A stretch of 62,510 nt of DNA, from positions 1 to 62,510 of the IMG/VR virus record IMGVR_UViG_3300025570_000014; one strand, written 5' to 3'. The notes beneath the pieces were generated by a model. It ran no database searches. It had not been told where the DNA came from and saw nothing but the letters and a program-made list of their open reading frames with translations. Shown piece after piece: positions 49,161 to 58,082 of the stretch; position 1 is the first letter of the stretch, and the number at the start of each line of letters is the position of its first letter. A program made the position numbers and the translations under genes. The DNA is from a virus. Taxonomy: Duplodnaviria; Caudoviricetes.

Positions 49161-50718
49161 TAAAATCCTCAGTTCCCCCTTTTCCATCATCCATAGTATA
49201 AGGATTATCTAGTCCTGTAGAGAAGTAAGCTCCTTGGTAGTTGGTTGTGGTTTTTGAAAAGGATCCTAAAGCTGCCTTTGTTATATCTACTCCGTGTTGT
49301 TTAAATTTTAATGCTGTGTCTCTAACGTATAATCCCATACCAAAACTCATAATTAAATCGTCATTATAGCCTCCTTGAGCTTCAGCCCTGCCATGTTTCC
49401 ATATAAACGTTTTCATTTCTTCTAGTAAGCGTTTTGATTGGATTGTAACACCTCTATCTGCTACATATTCTTGAAATTTACCTATTACCATAGGGCGAGT
49501 TCTTGTTGACATAGTAAAACCTGCAGTCATACTTGAATTATTTTCATAATTTTGTAAATAAGAATCTACATTTATATTATCGGATTTAGGTGAGTAGTAT
49601 AAATTAGAATAATTACGTTCAATAATAGTTTGAATTGTACTCCATCCAATGTTAGCATTTTCCACTATGAGTAGGGCATTGTTATATTCGGTAGCAATTG
49701 CTGTAAGAATATTACCAAAGTCTTTAGTACCTACTTGGCCTTTATATTCACCTACTTGAGTAGCCGATTCTACATCAAAAATGTGAAAAGCTGAGTAATC
49801 CTTACCATCTCCTCTAGCTACGTCTGCTGAGATAAGGTATTGTCTTGAATAATCGGCTGATTCCCAAATCCATAAATTTTGGTCTGCACCTCTTCTTTCT
49901 AAAGGTTCTTTAAGTGTAGATTTTTCTATAAATTCTAGATATTCAGGGTAAAATACAATGTCACCTGAGGTGCTAAAGTCGCAGTCACATTCTTGTGCTG
50001 CCATTCTAGGATCTCCTAGTAGTTCATCTTGTCTATCTCTCCACACTTGGTCTCGTTCAGGGTGGACATACCAAGGTAATTTAATAGGTAAGAATTCATT
50101 TTCTGAGGATTCTGCTCTAACCCATGTTTGGTGGAACCAATTTCCAGTACCATAAGGTGTTGAAAGAGCAATACACCCTCCACCAGTAGCGAGTGTTTGT
50201 TGAGCCGAGGCCCATATTTCTCCAATATTATCAATGAAGGCAGCCTCATCAATTAGCAAAAGGGAAACTGCTTCGGATCTACCTGCATCACTAGATGCTG
50301 ATGTGGCTTTAATTTGAGACCCGTTTGTTAGTCGAAGGGTTAGTTTGTTGTTTTCTTCAAAATCTACTTTAAGCCAAGAAGGTAAATTTTCATACATAAA
50401 TTTAACCTTTGTAACCATGTTTTTAGCGGTTTCTTGCTTGGTAGCTATGCATAAAATATTTTTATCTTCATGGAAAATCATCATCCATAGCGAGTACCCC
50501 GCAGATAGTGTTGAAATGCCTAATTGACGCGATTTTAAAATAATAGAATAAGGATTGTCTTCAAATAGTTTTAAGACTTTTTCTTGAAAAGGGTATAAAT
50601 GGAACTGTATTCTACCCCTTTGTGGGTGTTGAATCATACAATACTTCTTCATGAAGTGTATAGGATCCTGGGCGCACTTTACATATTCTTGCCTTATTAT
50701 TTTTTTAAGGTTACTCAT
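49147..50718 (-). CDS. terL: Terminase large subunit (T4 gp17-like)
   Basis: LYPFQ, KSRQLGIST (Walker A), LLLIDEAAF (Walker B), STPYG, ADVARGDGKDYS, GYNDDLIM. Confidence 0.96.
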   Translation of the reverse strand: MSNLKKIIRQEYVKCAQDPIHFMKKYCMIQHPQRGRIQFHLYPFQEKVLKLFEDNPYSIILKSRQLGISTLSAGYSLWMMIFHEDKNILCIATKQETAKNMVTKVKFMYENLPSWLKVDFEENNKLTLRLTNGSQIKATSASSDAGRSEAVSLLLIDEAAFIDNIGEIWASAQQTLATGGGCIALSTPYGTGNWFHQTWVRAESSENEFLPIKLPWYVHPERDQVWRDRQDELLGDPRMAAQECDCDFSTSGDIVFYPEYLEFIEKSTLKEPLERRGADQNLWIWESADYSRQYLISADVARGDGKDYSAFHIFDVESATQVGEYKGQVGTKDFGNILTAIATEYNNALLIVENANIGWSTIQTIIERNYSNLYYSPKSDNINVDSYLQNYENNSSMTAGFTMSTRTRPMVIGKFQEYVADRGVTIQSKRLLEEMKTFIWKHGRAEAQGGYNDDLIMSFGMGLYVRDTALKFKQHGVDITKAALGSFSKTTTNYQGAYFSTGLDNPYTMDDGKGGTEDFSWLL

Positions 50719-51083
50719 TTAGGAAGTGTATAATCTACAGCATTTAAAAAAAGTATAGTGCCTACTACCCCTATCCAGGGTTTATTGTACCATTTATCTA
50801 CTTGATTTAAACGTTTATCATACAATTCAATTTGTTCATTTAATAGTTGAACTTCTTGATTTTTATAAGATAATAATAAACTATCTTGTGTGGTTAAATT
50901 TTTAAGTAAAACCAATTCAGTTTCTAAATTAGAAATATAAATAGTTTTAATAGAATCTTGAGTTTGTAAAGTATCTAGGGCTAAGAAAAACTCCTCAAGT
51001 TCCGATGAAGGAATTTGAAGAGTATCTTGTGAATAGCAAATACTAGATATTCCTAATAGTAATAACGTTAGTAATTGCTTCAT
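50715..51083 (-). CDS. Secreted coiled-coil protein with C-terminal hydrophobic segment (possible lysis/spanin-like)
   Basis: Signal peptide MKQLLTLLLLGISSICYS/Q, a coiled coil, then WIGVVGTILFL. Confidence 0.45.
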   Translation of the reverse strand: MKQLLTLLLLGISSICYSQDTLQIPSSELEEFFLALDTLQTQDSIKTIYISNLETELVLLKNLTTQDSLLLSYKNQEVQLLNEQIELYDKRLNQVDKWYNKPWIGVVGTILFLNAVDYTLPK

Positions 51084-51394
51084 GATTTAGTTTTTGGACG
51101 GCCCGGGCCTTTTTTACGATATTTATCTTCAAAATTTTTAACCGTTTTTTTAGCAGTAGTAGTATCCTTAACTTTAGCTTTTATTTCGGATGTCTTAATT
51201 TTTTGATTTTTAATAGCTTTTTTAGTTTCTACTTTTTTAGTTTCTACTTTTTTAGCTTGAGTTTTTATAACTTTTATTTCTTCTTTATTATCTTTTATTT
51301 GATTTTTAGTTACTTTTTTGTTTTTAAAGTAAATAAAAGTAAACAAAAGTACGAAAAGTAAATTAATAATAACGTATATTTTCCAAGATTCCAT
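51080..51394 (-). CDS. N-terminal TM + Lys-rich coiled-coil protein (possible i-spanin-like)
   Basis: IYVIINLLFVLLFTFIYF hydrophobic helix; stop overlaps the next start. Confidence 0.45.
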   Translation of the reverse strand: MESWKIYVIINLLFVLLFTFIYFKNKKVTKNQIKDNKEEIKVIKTQAKKVETKKVETKKAIKNQKIKTSEIKAKVKDTTTAKKTVKNFEDKYRKKGPGRPKTKS

Positions 51395-51405
51395 GATTAT
51401 AAATA

Positions 51406-51927
51406 TTAATATTTAATAGTTTTTAAAACCTGGTTAATGCGTTCTTCAGTTGTTCCACTAATAGTATAAAAGACAGGACGATGTTTAGATAAAAGTTTTT
51501 GAATAGTTTTATCAATTTCATTTCTATATTCAATATTTGTTTCACGTACCCCATTATCTTCAATATCTAGTCCCTCTGGGGAGATATAGAATATGTAATC
51601 GTATTGGTAAAGGAAGCGCTTAGCATATGTTTCAAAGGCATCAGCATCTATATAACTCGTATAAGTAGCACAATTAGTAAAAGCCATTACATCAAGAATC
51701 GTTCTATCAGTAACAATTTTTTCTTGCATTAATTCAGTAACACGTTCTGCTAAAAATATAGTTTGCCCTTCAATAGTAGTTTTATGATTCAATGGTATCC
51801 CCAATGAATTAAGATATTTACTACGTTCTGTTGCAAATTTATAACCCTTAAATTCAGGTAATTCTTTCAACGCATTTACAAGCGTTGTTTTACCTACTGA
51901 CATTGTTCCACAAAAACCTATTTTCAT
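51406..51927 (-). CDS. P-loop nucleotide-kinase-like protein (AAA_28 / NadR-type)
   Basis: GTMSVGKTT, TDRTILD, YDYIFY, EDNGVRE. Confidence 0.8.
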   Translation of the reverse strand: MKIGFCGTMSVGKTTLVNALKELPEFKGYKFATERSKYLNSLGIPLNHKTTIEGQTIFLAERVTELMQEKIVTDRTILDVMAFTNCATYTSYIDADAFETYAKRFLYQYDYIFYISPEGLDIEDNGVRETNIEYRNEIDKTIQKLLSKHRPVFYTISGTTEERINQVLKTIKY

Positions 51928-51928
51928 T

Positions 51929-52186
51929 TTAACCAGCGTTTCGGGTTGATTCTCTCATTGCAGGATTCTTGTACCAAGGTACACCATTCTTTTCTCTTTT
52001 AACTTCCTTCCATTCATCTTCAGTATGGTAGATACCGTAAATATAATATTCCCTTTGCCGGTAAACACCCTTACGTATAAGAGCAGGCCCTTCCCAATTA
52101 TGTAATTTACCATCCCAATGGTGTACTATAGTTCCATCAGGAGTTTTAGTTCGTTTTGGCTTAGGCCATTTGTTATTTTGTTCCAT
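51929..52186 (-). CDS. Hypothetical protein with GKLHNWEGPALI motif
   Basis: One copy of a G.LH...GPA.I...EYY..G unit. Confidence 0.7.
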   Translation of the reverse strand: MEQNNKWPKPKRTKTPDGTIVHHWDGKLHNWEGPALIRKGVYRQREYYIYGIYHTEDEWKEVKREKNGVPWYKNPAMRESTRNAG

Positions 52187-53558
52187 TTTCTTTTAATATT
52201 TGTTCTGCTACTAATGTACCCTGTGCTCCTGATACTGTTATACCTCTAGCACTTAATGCATCTCCTACAAAATGTACATTAGGGTATGTAGTTAAACTTA
52301 AATCCTCATAGTTTACAAGTGGTTCAGGTGAAAGGTACTTAACTTCAGGTACATAAATTCCCCAATCATCTCCAAGTGTTGGGAATACTTTTTTCATATC
52401 CCCAATAAAGTCTTCAATATATTTAAAATATCCTTTAAATGCGTCTCTTACTTCTTGAAGACCTGATTCACCAATGTAATGTGCTTTAACCCAATCACCT
52501 TCAGATGTAAGTGTTTTATCTTTACCTGCAGGACTATAATAAAGACCTGCTTGATACTTTATTTGGAAACGACCTAGTGCTTTTTGACCACTCCCTCCTT
52601 CATTAGATACAATAGTATTCCTTTGTACTTTAGAAACTAACTCACGTGACCAATCAAATGGTTTATCAATACCTTTAACTTCCATTAAGATACCAAAATT
52701 AGTCATATTGTTTCTATGTTCTTCTCCTTTTTTAGCATGACCATTGTAGCTATAATCACCATATGTTTCTTCTAGGGCCACATAAGCTGCATTGTTATTA
52801 GTGCAGAATGAACGAAGTGATACACCTTCATCTTCAAACTTACGATACAATTTAAAATCATAACTTACATCAATTAGTTTTTGGAAGTGTTTTTGTGGTG
52901 CTTCAAATCTAACACCAATTTGTACTGGTTTTGATTCCGTTGGTAATTCATATTGTTCAGCTAATTTTTTACCAAAGTCAATTCCAGATTTACCTACACC
53001 AAAAATGAGTTTATCATATCCTACCCAATCATTATCTTCTGTACTTTTATCAGTGTGGAGTTGTTGAGCATCAAAATCAATTGATGTTACCTTAGTTTTC
53101 CAAATAAATTTAACACCTTTATCACAAAGAAAATCATACCAATTTTTACCAATTTCATGCAAGTAATCTGTACCAACGTGCCATACAGGAAATAAACGGA
53201 GTCCAAAATATGGTTTAATAAAATCAGGTTCTGCTACAGGATTAGAACATTGTACTTCTTCTGGCTTAGGGTGGAAGCGTTTAAAGTTGGTAATTACCTG
53301 ATCCATTAACTCCATTGCTTTTTCATCGCCCGTATACTTAGTTAAATGACCACCTATTGAAGTATGGTATGTAAGTTTACCATCACTCCACCCACCAGCA
53401 CCCATAAACCCTGTCATTACTTCTTCAGGTTTCCTATTGTACGGATCATTACCCATATCAATAATTGTGATACAACTTCCATCGTATCCATTATCTACTA
53501 ATTTAGTTGCAGCATTAACACCTGCCACACCGGCTCCAATTATTACTATTTTTTCCAT
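52173..53558 (-). CDS. FAD-dependent oxidoreductase (probable start MEKIV at 53558)
   Basis: IIGAGVAG, GFMGAGGWSDGKL, IGVRFE, RSFCTN, NGHA, TNFGIL, VGDA...RGI. Confidence 0.85.
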   Translation of the reverse strand: MEKIVIIGAGVAGVNAATKLVDNGYDGSCITIIDMGNDPYNRKPEEVMTGFMGAGGWSDGKLTYHTSIGGHLTKYTGDEKAMELMDQVITNFKRFHPKPEEVQCSNPVAEPDFIKPYFGLRLFPVWHVGTDYLHEIGKNWYDFLCDKGVKFIWKTKVTSIDFDAQQLHTDKSTEDNDWVGYDKLIFGVGKSGIDFGKKLAEQYELPTESKPVQIGVRFEAPQKHFQKLIDVSYDFKLYRKFEDEGVSLRSFCTNNNAAYVALEETYGDYSYNGHAKKGEEHRNNMTNFGILMEVKGIDKPFDWSRELVSKVQRNTIVSNEGGSGQKALGRFQIKYQAGLYYSPAGKDKTLTSEGDWVKAHYIGESGLQEVRDAFKGYFKYIEDFIGDMKKVFPTLGDDWGIYVPEVKYLSPEPLVNYEDLSLTTYPNVHFVGDALSARGITVSGAQGTLVAEQILKENGTK

Positions 53559-53576
53559 TATTGTATTAATATTATG

Positions 53577-53608
53577 TAAATATACGAACAAAAAGTGACG
53601 TCTCCAAA
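53577..53608 (-). promoter_or_regulatory. Bacteroidota-type promoter TTTG-N20-TATATTTA
   Basis: GTTCGTATATTTA identical to the site at 609-621, with TTTG exactly 20 nt upstream of TATATTTA. Confidence 0.7.
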
Positions 53609-53619
53609 GGAGACGCCAC
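53590..53619 (-). terminator. Intrinsic terminator overlapping the -33 element
   Basis: GUGGCGUCUCC-UUU-GGAGACGUCAC-UUUUU. Confidence 0.8.
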
Positions 53620-53624
53620 AGATG

Positions 53625-53661
53625 TCATGTTTTTTTAGTTACGACTGGCTATGAATCAGTC
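53625..53661 (-). ncRNA. Candidate H-type pseudoknot RNA with preQ1-I-like topology
   Basis: GACUG-AU-UCAU-AGC-CAGUC-GUAACUAAAAAAAC-AUGA: P1 GACUG/CAGUC, P2 UCAU/AUGA, A-rich L3. Confidence 0.35.
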
Positions 53662-53671
53662 TATATGTTTT

Positions 53672-53842
53672 TTACTTCTTATCTTCAGCTACAGATGCTT
53701 TACGATATTCAGTTACTAATTTTTTAATTTCACCTAAGCATTTACGAGCTCTGCCGTGTGCTGCTTTAGATTTACCTTCATGTTCGGTTTTAAATGTTTC
53801 ATATAAACCTTCGATTTGTTCAAATAACTCTTGAGTATTCAT
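53672..53842 (-). CDS. Histone H1-like Hc1-type small protein (56 aa; absent from the ORF track)
   Basis: Manual translation MNTQELFEQIEGLYETFKTEHEGKSKAAHGRARKCLGEIKKLVTEYRKASVAEDKK; KAA..RARK.L.EI.KL..EYRK.SV matches Hc1-like proteins common in Bacteroidota. Confidence 0.8.
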   Translation of the reverse strand: MNTQELFEQIEGLYETFKTEHEGKSKAAHGRARKCLGEIKKLVTEYRKASVAEDKK

Positions 53843-54090
53843 TTTTTTATAATTTTTATTGTTAAATTTTCGCTACCTTTTATTATCCTATGTAAATATC
53901 CACAAGGGATGTCAAAATTGAGATTTTCTGTGAGTTCAAATGGGAGTTCTTCATCAAATTGGAATTTCCATCCATTCCCTTCTATAACTTCTATTGTTCT
54001 ATCTTCTTGATCTTCATGCCAAATTAACGACATTGGGTCTACATTTTCTGAGAATGTTCTTATGTTTGAATTATCTGTGTATGGGTTCAT
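53839..54090 (-). CDS. Small cupin-like protein
   Basis: WHEDQEDR.IEV..G.GW and IP...LHRIIKG. Confidence 0.7.
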   Translation of the reverse strand: MNPYTDNSNIRTFSENVDPMSLIWHEDQEDRTIEVIEGNGWKFQFDEELPFELTENLNFDIPCGYLHRIIKGSENLTIKIIKK

Positions 54091-55217
54091 TAACTTAGTC
54101 TTGTTGCTGTAATTTTAACAGCAGGTGTTGCTGGTCTAGTAGGGGTAGATGATGCTGCAGTGTATTTTAATATCATATCCGTATCATCGGTTGCCCAATA
54201 GAATTGAATATAATCTCCTGCTTCAAGTACTATTACAAGATTTCTATCTAATAAGGTTGCAGCAGTACCGGTATTTCCTGTTATGTCTATGTTGTTATTT
54301 GAATTTGGAACATCTACTCCATTTTTCTTTGCCCAAAAATACATGGAGGCGGTGCCTGAACTTGAAACTCTGTTTATTTGGGATATCATTGTAAATTCAT
54401 ATAATCCAGGGGTTGATACTGTAAGTTTAGAATTATCTACAAGTGTTATTCCGCTCTGTACCTGTGGGGTATCTATATCTATAAGAGTTTCTGTATTAGC
54501 AATAGACGCAGTATGGTTGGATAGGTTATACCCAATTGCGTATTGTGGGTATTCAAAACCACTTCGAACATTAACATATAGTGAACCTGTTGTTGCAGAG
54601 TTATCAATAACATAACCCATTATTACTGTAAGGGCAGGAGGAGTAGGGGGTATATTTACTAATTCACCATTAGATCCACCTAAATATAAAGTATCACCTG
54701 CTGTGTATGCACTCATATCTACATTTCTAACTAAACCTTGAGTAGTTACAAATCCTAAATCTCCACTGCCTATGTTCTCGGTTACAATTCCTATAGTATT
54801 TTCTGAAGCTTTTCTTGATAAATTATCAGCTAAATTTACGGACGGATAATTACCGACTGACCCGCTAATGAAAACAGCCTTATATTCTGATTCTAGAAGT
54901 GGTGCTCCTGTATTATTACGAGTATAGATTACATTCTCTTGACCTATTTGTAATGTAACGTTTCCCCCTTTAAGGGTTAAATCTAATGTACCGTCATTAT
55001 CGTTCCATCTTAATCTACCGGGTTTACCTGTTACTGAAGCTGTAGTATTAAAATCTACAAAATCTGAGATTATACCGCTAGAGGTAATGGGTAGATTTGC
55101 ATTGAGTATATCTTGTACTGTTTGTTGTTTTGTAACCCCACCTTGAACATTAACTAATAATTCTGTTCCGTCTAATGATGTTACGGCAGGTAATCCTGAA
55201 ATTGATAAGTTAGCCAT
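54090..55217 (-). CDS. Fibre / decoration-like protein with C1q-like C-terminal domain
   Basis: ISGLP...LDGTE...VQGG.TK N-terminus; G.VTTQGLVR.VD....AGD.LYL (shared with 33777..35639); LTVSTPGLYEF, LEAGDYIQ. Confidence 0.65.
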   Translation of the reverse strand: MANLSISGLPAVTSLDGTELLVNVQGGVTKQQTVQDILNANLPITSSGIISDFVDFNTTASVTGKPGRLRWNDNDGTLDLTLKGGNVTLQIGQENVIYTRNNTGAPLLESEYKAVFISGSVGNYPSVNLADNLSRKASENTIGIVTENIGSGDLGFVTTQGLVRNVDMSAYTAGDTLYLGGSNGELVNIPPTPPALTVIMGYVIDNSATTGSLYVNVRSGFEYPQYAIGYNLSNHTASIANTETLIDIDTPQVQSGITLVDNSKLTVSTPGLYEFTMISQINRVSSSGTASMYFWAKKNGVDVPNSNNNIDITGNTGTAATLLDRNLVIVLEAGDYIQFYWATDDTDMILKYTAASSTPTRPATPAVKITATRLS

Positions 55218-55220
55218 ATC

Positions 55221-55490
55221 TTATGTTATTATTATTTTATTATTATCTTCTTGTAGAATATCAAATCCATCTTCTTGTAAGAGAAAACCTACATCTTGAA
55301 CGGGTTGTTCGGGTTTAATTCCTCCCCTATTACCCTCAAGCCAATTTAACTGTTGGATATAATGTTGGCGTCGGTTTTGTAACTCATTTAAATATTGATT
55401 GTAGTGGTTTACCTGCTCATTGAGAGATAAACTACGCACTTCATTCAACTTGATGAATTGGGGCCACAATATTTCATTAAATATATCCAC
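55221..55490 (-). CDS. Hypothetical protein (GTG start)
   Basis: C-terminal LLQEDG..ILQED repeat of the kind seen in phage structural proteins. Confidence 0.6.
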   Translation of the reverse strand: MDIFNEILWPQFIKLNEVRSLSLNEQVNHYNQYLNELQNRRQHYIQQLNWLEGNRGGIKPEQPVQDVGFLLQEDGFDILQEDNNKIIIT

Positions 55491-55527
55491 TATTTATTTA
55501 TCTTGAATTTTTCTGTGTATGGGTTCA

Positions 55528-56115
55528 TTATCCTCCTATGTCTGCTATTACATCCTTAAAAATGGAATGAACTTCTTTACCTTTAACGGCTGATTTGAGT
55601 CCGTATAATCCTCCCTTAAGGTAACTTGCTTTTTTAAGATAGGAAGCAGCATCACCTCCTGCTTGACCCGCCATCAATAGAATTACAATAGCGTAAAGAA
55701 TTTCTGAAATTTGTTTCTTCTTTTTTTCATCCTTAGTAAACAGTCCTACTATTCTTTTAATTGGAGCTTGAAATGCTTTCTCATTATCGTGAGTCCATTT
55801 ATAGATATTTTTTGCTGCTTCTTCACCTTTACCCCAATTGTATTTTTTAGACATTTTTTGGGCAAACTTAGCAAGCATATTAGCTACAGTATTAGATAAT
55901 AGGATATAACCTATAATACCTACTACACCTGCAACCTCATCTAATTTTTCTTCTTTACCTTTTAATTCACCTTTTATAGCGGTAGCTAATTGAGCTCCTA
56001 AAGCATCAAATTCATTATCAAATGCTTTTTCTTCGGATCCATTATCTTCTAATTCTTCTTTAAGAAGAGGATTATTTTTTAAATATGCTTTGTAATCGAA
56101 AGTATCCATTACCAA
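55528..56115 (-). CDS. Putative internal head protein with hydrophobic helices
   Basis: MDTFDYKAYLKNNPLLKE leader; two apolar segments. Confidence 0.55.
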   Translation of the reverse strand: MVMDTFDYKAYLKNNPLLKEELEDNGSEEKAFDNEFDALGAQLATAIKGELKGKEEKLDEVAGVVGIIGYILLSNTVANMLAKFAQKMSKKYNWGKGEEAAKNIYKWTHDNEKAFQAPIKRIVGLFTKDEKKKKQISEILYAIVILLMAGQAGGDAASYLKKASYLKGGLYGLKSAVKGKEVHSIFKDVIADIGG

Positions 56116-56750
56116 TAGGTATTCATTTTAGGTCCTAAACCGAGAGCGGGAGCATATCTAGGGAGATTACAACTCCAATATCCCGCAGTTGTTCTATCTT
56201 TCTTTTGGTCACAATTGTGACGAGCTGCAAAGGCGTTACGGGCTTCTTTATCTTTAATTTTTGCTCTTAAACCACCTGATCCAAATGAGACTTTTTTAAC
56301 TTTGTCTCCATCCATCACATAAACATAGTAAGCTTTAGAACCACCACGTTTTGGTTTACCTATTTCAACTTCTTTACCTTTAAATTCTGCTTCCTCTATG
56401 TTTTTGGGTAAGTCAAGTGGTACTTTTTTACCTTCATAAATTCCAAACTTACCAATGTCAGTATTTTCTATTAGGTGTAGACTATTTTCATCTAGACTAA
56501 TAGTTTTCCACCCATTCAGCATACGAGCTTCAGCAAATAATTGTAGGTATTTTTTAGATCCGATTCTAAATACATTGTCTTGCAATGAGACGCCATTATC
56601 GATGTGATACCGTAGACCTTCGCTTATAGGCGCTTTAGTCTCGAGTAAAGCGATTTTAGGTGCCGTATCACAACCACCACAACCACATGAACATGGTTCT
56701 TGTGGGATTTGATATCCCTGTATTGCTTCTTGAATGTATTTTTTAATCAT
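56109..56750 (-). CDS. Hypothetical protein with Cys cluster and a basic C-terminal domain
   Basis: CSCGCGGC; KVKKVSFG...FAARHNC..KKDRTTAGYWSC. Confidence 0.65.
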   Translation of the reverse strand: MIKKYIQEAIQGYQIPQEPCSCGCGGCDTAPKIALLETKAPISEGLRYHIDNGVSLQDNVFRIGSKKYLQLFAEARMLNGWKTISLDENSLHLIENTDIGKFGIYEGKKVPLDLPKNIEEAEFKGKEVEIGKPKRGGSKAYYVYVMDGDKVKKVSFGSGGLRAKIKDKEARNAFAARHNCDQKKDRTTAGYWSCNLPRYAPALGLGPKMNTYW

Positions 56751-56774
56751 ATTAATTGTAATTTATTTCATTTA

Positions 56775-57425
56775 CTAATTACCCGTATAAGCATTAAATA
56801 CTTTTTTTCTTAGAGAATTTGCTCTTGCATTATCCCAATTGCTATGAGAAAGGAATATTGTGTTTTTGGGGTCAAAACGTCCCCTTACATATACTAAATC
56901 GTCGGGTCTGCGTAATTCGGCTGTTAACTTACTAAAAGCTAATATTGCTTTTGGAATACCTTGCCATAGATTATTAGGTCTTAAATGACCATCAACATAT
57001 GCCATAAAAGCACGTTCTTGCTTTTCATTAAAAGGATTTTCAAATTTTAACAATTCAGTCTCTAACCTGTCATCAAAAGGAATTTCTTCATTAGATGGTT
57101 TATATAGTATTGTATCTTCGTAGTGTTCTATTGCTCCATCAGCAAAGTCTTCAGCAGAAACTTCTATTTCTTCTGGGTCAGATCCTTTAGCATTACTCCT
57201 GGCTTCATTATACCATGTATCGTTCATTACTTCTATAGATTCTTCTAGGTCTTCATCTGAAATATCAGGATGTTTTGCTTTAATAAAGTTTATTACTGCT
57301 TCTTTATATTTTGGTCCTGCTTGTTCTATATCTGCACTATCTTCTGATGCCTCTATATACCATATATCATCTTCATATAGCTTACCTTCTGCGAGGAATT
57401 GTCTAAAAATATTTAATTCTTTCAT
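56775..57425 (-). CDS. Putative internal head protein
   Basis: MKELNIFRQFLAE leader; acidic; late motif upstream. Confidence 0.55.
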   Translation of the reverse strand: MKELNIFRQFLAEGKLYEDDIWYIEASEDSADIEQAGPKYKEAVINFIKAKHPDISDEDLEESIEVMNDTWYNEARSNAKGSDPEEIEVSAEDFADGAIEHYEDTILYKPSNEEIPFDDRLETELLKFENPFNEKQERAFMAYVDGHLRPNNLWQGIPKAILAFSKLTAELRRPDDLVYVRGRFDPKNTIFLSHSNWDNARANSLRKKVFNAYTGN

Positions 57426-57445
57426 TTTATTTTTGTTTATAAATA

Positions 57446-58066
57446 TTAATTGTAATTATCCATACCGAAATCGGCAATTTTACCTTTCCATAAATCAGCA
57501 TCTTTTTCTCCAAATGGATCTAAGTCACTAAATACACCTAGATTTGATACTCCGGCGAACTTGAATGAGTCTACATATTCTTCATCCATGTATTGTTGGG
57601 TAAGCATTTTGGCTTCTTCTTCAGTGTCTGCTGCTACATAAAGAATTACCTCTAAACTTTCCATAGGATCCCTAAATGAAGTAGAAAAGATAGTTTGGTT
57701 GGGGTCAATGCTATATTGTGTAGTATCAATTTCTAAACTATCATCATAATCTCCTGCCCCTGCACTAGTGTTAGCAAATTGAGGAACGTACCAATTCCCT
57801 AACTCAAATACTCCTTCATCTTTAAGGTTACCTTCAAATTCTTTTTGCCCTTCATCACTTATATCTATGAAGCCTACTGTATCATCTGTAAATGGGAATA
57901 AAGGTCCATATTTGTCTTGTACATATGATTTAGCAATTTCTTTAGCTTTGAACTTATCGTCCGCTTTTACACGAATAATTGTCTGCTTTCCCTTCCTGTA
58001 GTTTTTAAATTCAGTAGTGTATATTTCTTCGTTGAGAAATTGTCTAAATCTATGTAATTCTTCCAT
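57446..58066 (-). CDS. Putative internal head protein with an internally duplicated domain
   Basis: MEELHRFRQFLNE leader; IIRVKADDKFKAKEIAKSYV vs ILYVAADTEEEAKMLTQQYM. Confidence 0.55.
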   Translation of the reverse strand: MEELHRFRQFLNEEIYTTEFKNYRKGKQTIIRVKADDKFKAKEIAKSYVQDKYGPLFPFTDDTVGFIDISDEGQKEFEGNLKDEGVFELGNWYVPQFANTSAGAGDYDDSLEIDTTQYSIDPNQTIFSTSFRDPMESLEVILYVAADTEEEAKMLTQQYMDEEYVDSFKFAGVSNLGVFSDLDPFGEKDADLWKGKIADFGMDNYN

Positions 58067-58082
58067 TTTAATTTATTTTATT

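Larger units (their letters stand above)
54074..55530. repeat. 19-bp direct repeat (tctgtgtatgggttcatta) at 54074-54092 and 55512-55530 flanking a two-gene cassette
   Basis: Read directly from the sequence. Confidence 0.9.

Noticed and set aside
53559-53591. ORF-track N-terminal extension of the oxidoreductase (and likewise 2287-2313 of the polymerase)
   Set aside because: The extensions overlap a promoter or the upstream gene; the downstream starts fit better.
44229-53665. 10-nt complementarity between the scaffold-leader loop (UCAGUCUAUA) and the RNA near 53656-53665
   Set aside because: A 10-nt match is expected by chance in this much AT-rich intergenic sequence.
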